From positions 1-26,834 of the IMG/VR virus record IMGVR_UViG_3300011334_000264: DNA of 26,834 nucleotides. One strand, given 5' to 3'. Of this stretch, positions 24,912-26,834 are shown in pieces. The position numbers and the translations under genes were made by a program. Each line of letters begins with the position of its first letter. Positions within the stretch are counted from its first letter, which is position 1. Source of the stretch: a virus (lineage: Duplodnaviria; Caudoviricetes). The notes under the pieces are model-generated. The model was not told the DNA's origin. It did no database searches and was given only the letters and a program-made list of their open reading frames with translations.

Positions 24912-25421
24912 TTAGAACTGCTTGATAACAACTACACGCTTAAGTGTAATGCCAGCACCAGCGCCAATGACTTCTGCAAGAACACCACAGACAGGCTGTG
25001 TTGAAGCGGCAGCAGCAAGGTCAGCAGTACCAGCAGTATTGGTGATCTGTAGAAGAACGCCAATAGCGTTACCACCACCAGCGTTGTCACCAACGGAAGC
25101 CTTACAGACACCAGCGATACAAACCTTAACACGGGAACCTGCGGTGAGTGTGCCCTTGGTAGAGTCTGCACCAACTACAACACCGAATGGTGTGCGAACT
25201 GGGGTAGAGTTTCCATCTGCTTTATACACATTGAGTGTTACGTCAGCGTCAGCGGTAGCAGCGTAGTCAAACGCAACCCAGTCGCCAACAGCAAGAGTTT
25301 CACCTGCGATAAAGGTTTCATACTGTCCACGATCCATAGTGGTAGAAGTTGAGCCGACAGTTCCAGAAACCAATGGGTCTGTAACTGCGTCTAACTTTTG
25401 TAATAGAGTTGAAGTAGCCAT
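24912..25421 (-). CDS. Capsid cement/decoration protein
   Basis: 169 aa directly after the MCP, with highly expressed-type codon usage. FIAGETLAVGDWV...PFGVV...AGSRVKVCIAGV is a beta-tulip-like pattern. Confidence 0.75.
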   Translation of the reverse strand: MATSTLLQKLDAVTDPLVSGTVGSTSTTMDRGQYETFIAGETLAVGDWVAFDYAATADADVTLNVYKADGNSTPVRTPFGVVVGADSTKGTLTAGSRVKVCIAGVCKASVGDNAGGGNAIGVLLQITNTAGTADLAAAASTQPVCGVLAEVIGAGAGITLKRVVVIKQF

Positions 25422-25446
25422 AATATATTTCTCCTTTTAAGTTAGA

Positions 25447-26460
25447 TTAGAATACGTCGCCGTTGATTAGAACGCCGTTAGAACCAAGATGATCTGCAAT
25501 AAGCTGACCCTTGAAGTATACGGTAGCTGCGCGAGCAGTAGTACCAGAGATATACTCGAAAGGAGAAACTGCGAAATCGCCATCTTTGTGGATGACCATT
25601 TTGATACCATCGAAGTTGAGGAAGTACATTGAGTAAACAGCAGCACCACCGCCGTTGGTAGGCATGTCAGAGTCAGCGGAAACTACTGCACCAGCATAAG
25701 CAAGTGCCATACGTCCACCATCAAGTGTCTTTTCATCAATGTATCTTTCGTTTACGAAGAGGGATCTCTTGTAGTTTGCGAAGGCTGCGGTAGAAGCTAT
25801 GATGCTGTTGATTTCGCCCATTGGGGTGATAACGTTTGCAGCAGTATAGATGTTATGCATGGCTCCAAGACCACCAGTACCGAAGGCACCAGCAGCAGTC
25901 TGGAACTGATTGAAGAAACCGGGAACGTTAAGAGTTGCCTTGTTTAGTCCACCAACAACAGAGGTCTGAGTAGCGCCGGGAACGCGGGGTTCAAGGAACT
26001 TATTGGTACCAGCAGTTGAACCATTGAGGGTGTTCATGTTGGTAAGAGAAGCGGAAGTTCCTGCAAGGATTTGCTTGTTAAGTTCACGACGAAGAAGTGA
26101 CATAACAGAGCGCATACGAGCTTCTACGATTTTAACTACAGCTTTCTCACCGCTGTTCTCAAGTTCTTCTTTCTTGCTGATTACGATTGGAGCAACGAAG
26201 TCACACCAGTCATAGATAGCAGGCTTGAGAACGTCAGCTACTGCGAGGGAAACAGGCTCATAGCCAGTTGCCATTTGAGAGATGGTGGAGTGCTCTGCTA
26301 CACTTAGAGGACGCTGGATTTTAATGCCACCATCTTCGTATTCGATACCACCGTTTTTCTTTGCGTCGTCAAGAAAGGGAACTTTCTTGAAAAGTTCATC
26401 GACTTCACCATCACGGATGGAGTATAGGGTCGATGATAAAAGGTCATTAGTTATTGCCAT
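25447..26460 (-). CDS. Major capsid protein (resembles Bordetella phage BPP-1-type coat)
   Basis: 337 aa. LLSSTL...DELF...FL...K.G....GG..I..PL N-terminus, A.YDW..VAPIVIS..EEL.NSG..., and YFLN..I...H near the C-terminus. AAGGAG RBS, located between scaffold and cement. Confidence 0.88.
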   Translation of the reverse strand: MAITNDLLSSTLYSIRDGEVDELFKKVPFLDDAKKNGGIEYEDGGIKIQRPLSVAEHSTISQMATGYEPVSLAVADVLKPAIYDWCDFVAPIVISKKEELENSGEKAVVKIVEARMRSVMSLLRRELNKQILAGTSASLTNMNTLNGSTAGTNKFLEPRVPGATQTSVVGGLNKATLNVPGFFNQFQTAAGAFGTGGLGAMHNIYTAANVITPMGEINSIIASTAAFANYKRSLFVNERYIDEKTLDGGRMALAYAGAVVSADSDMPTNGGGAAVYSMYFLNFDGIKMVIHKDGDFAVSPFEYISGTTARAATVYFKGQLIADHLGSNGVLINGDVF

Positions 26461-26513
26461 TTTCTGATCTCCTTATGGAATGTTTAAAATAAATACATTA
26501 GTTGTTAATCTTA

Positions 26514-26625
26514 CTTGATAGTCCTGAAGGTTATTATCTTATAAGGGATAACAACTAGTGCAAAGTATTCCAGAAGGAGGTTTGCTATTTAGTTGTCGGT
26601 CCTATAAGATAAAGGGAACGTCAAG
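26514..26625 (-). promoter_or_regulatory. Long imperfect RNA hairpin in the scaffold-MCP intergenic leader
   Basis: Nested arms CTTGA/TCAAG, TTATCTTATA/TATAAGATAA, ACAACTA/TAGTTGT, GCAAA/TTTGC, TCC/GGA. Confidence 0.7.
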
Positions 26626-26627
26626 CG

Positions 26628-26834
26628 TTATCTTCTGATTTTGTTTCCAGCCCTATTTACAGCAGCACTTGATTCTGGATTAGCTTTAAAATACTGATAA
26701 GCTTCCCACGAGTCTTTGAACTTAGGCACGACCGTGCCGTTGATATTCTGACCAGAGGATGTTTTAGATACAGCGGCTACCCTTGACTTCGCAGCGTCCC
26801 GATCCTGCCCAGCCTGTATTGCGGCTTTCTGTCC
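26628..26834 (-). CDS. C-terminus of probable scaffolding protein (5'-truncated)
   Basis: GQKAAIQAGQDRDAAKSRVAAVSKTSSGQNINGTVVPKFKDSWEAYQYFKANPESSAAVNRAGNKIRR*. Open frame from the window edge, immediately upstream of the MCP. Confidence 0.7.
   Translation of the reverse strand, partial: GQKAAIQAGQDRDAAKSRVAAVSKTSSGQNINGTVVPKFKDSWEAYQYFKANPESSAAVNRAGNKIRR

Noticed and set aside
26600-26627. TTGACG as a sigma70 -35 for the MCP gene
   Set aside because: No -10 hexamer at 16-18 bp spacing. The sequence is part of the hairpin arm.

Overview
Part of a tailed dsDNA phage genome with podovirus-like architecture. It uses the standard genetic code, strong GGAG Shine-Dalgarno sites and many TAATG/ATGA stop-start overlaps. 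Almost everything reads on the minus strand, right to left: scaffold C-terminus, major capsid protein, cement/decoration protein, tail adaptor, tail nozzle, three paralogous tail proteins, three ejection/internal virion proteins (244, 810 and 2095 aa), receptor-binding/appendage genes (one split by a 140-bp tandem duplication), holin-like genes and an amidase endolysin, then small hypothetical genes. A short plus-strand island (sigma-like factor, NUMOD4-HNH-AP2 nuclease, candidate small RNA) follows, then a minus-strand unit ending in the large terminase, which runs off the left edge. The most striking signal is a candidate regulatory circuit. A ~99-bp promoter/leader module occurs twice (1943-2041 and 20875-20972), next to a phage ECF-like sigma gene. 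A ~130-nt structured RNA with its own promoter and terminator (about 3193-3322) can pair 17 bp over the ribosome-binding site and start of that sigma gene. No polymerase, helicase, primase, integrase or portal gene is recognisable in the window.
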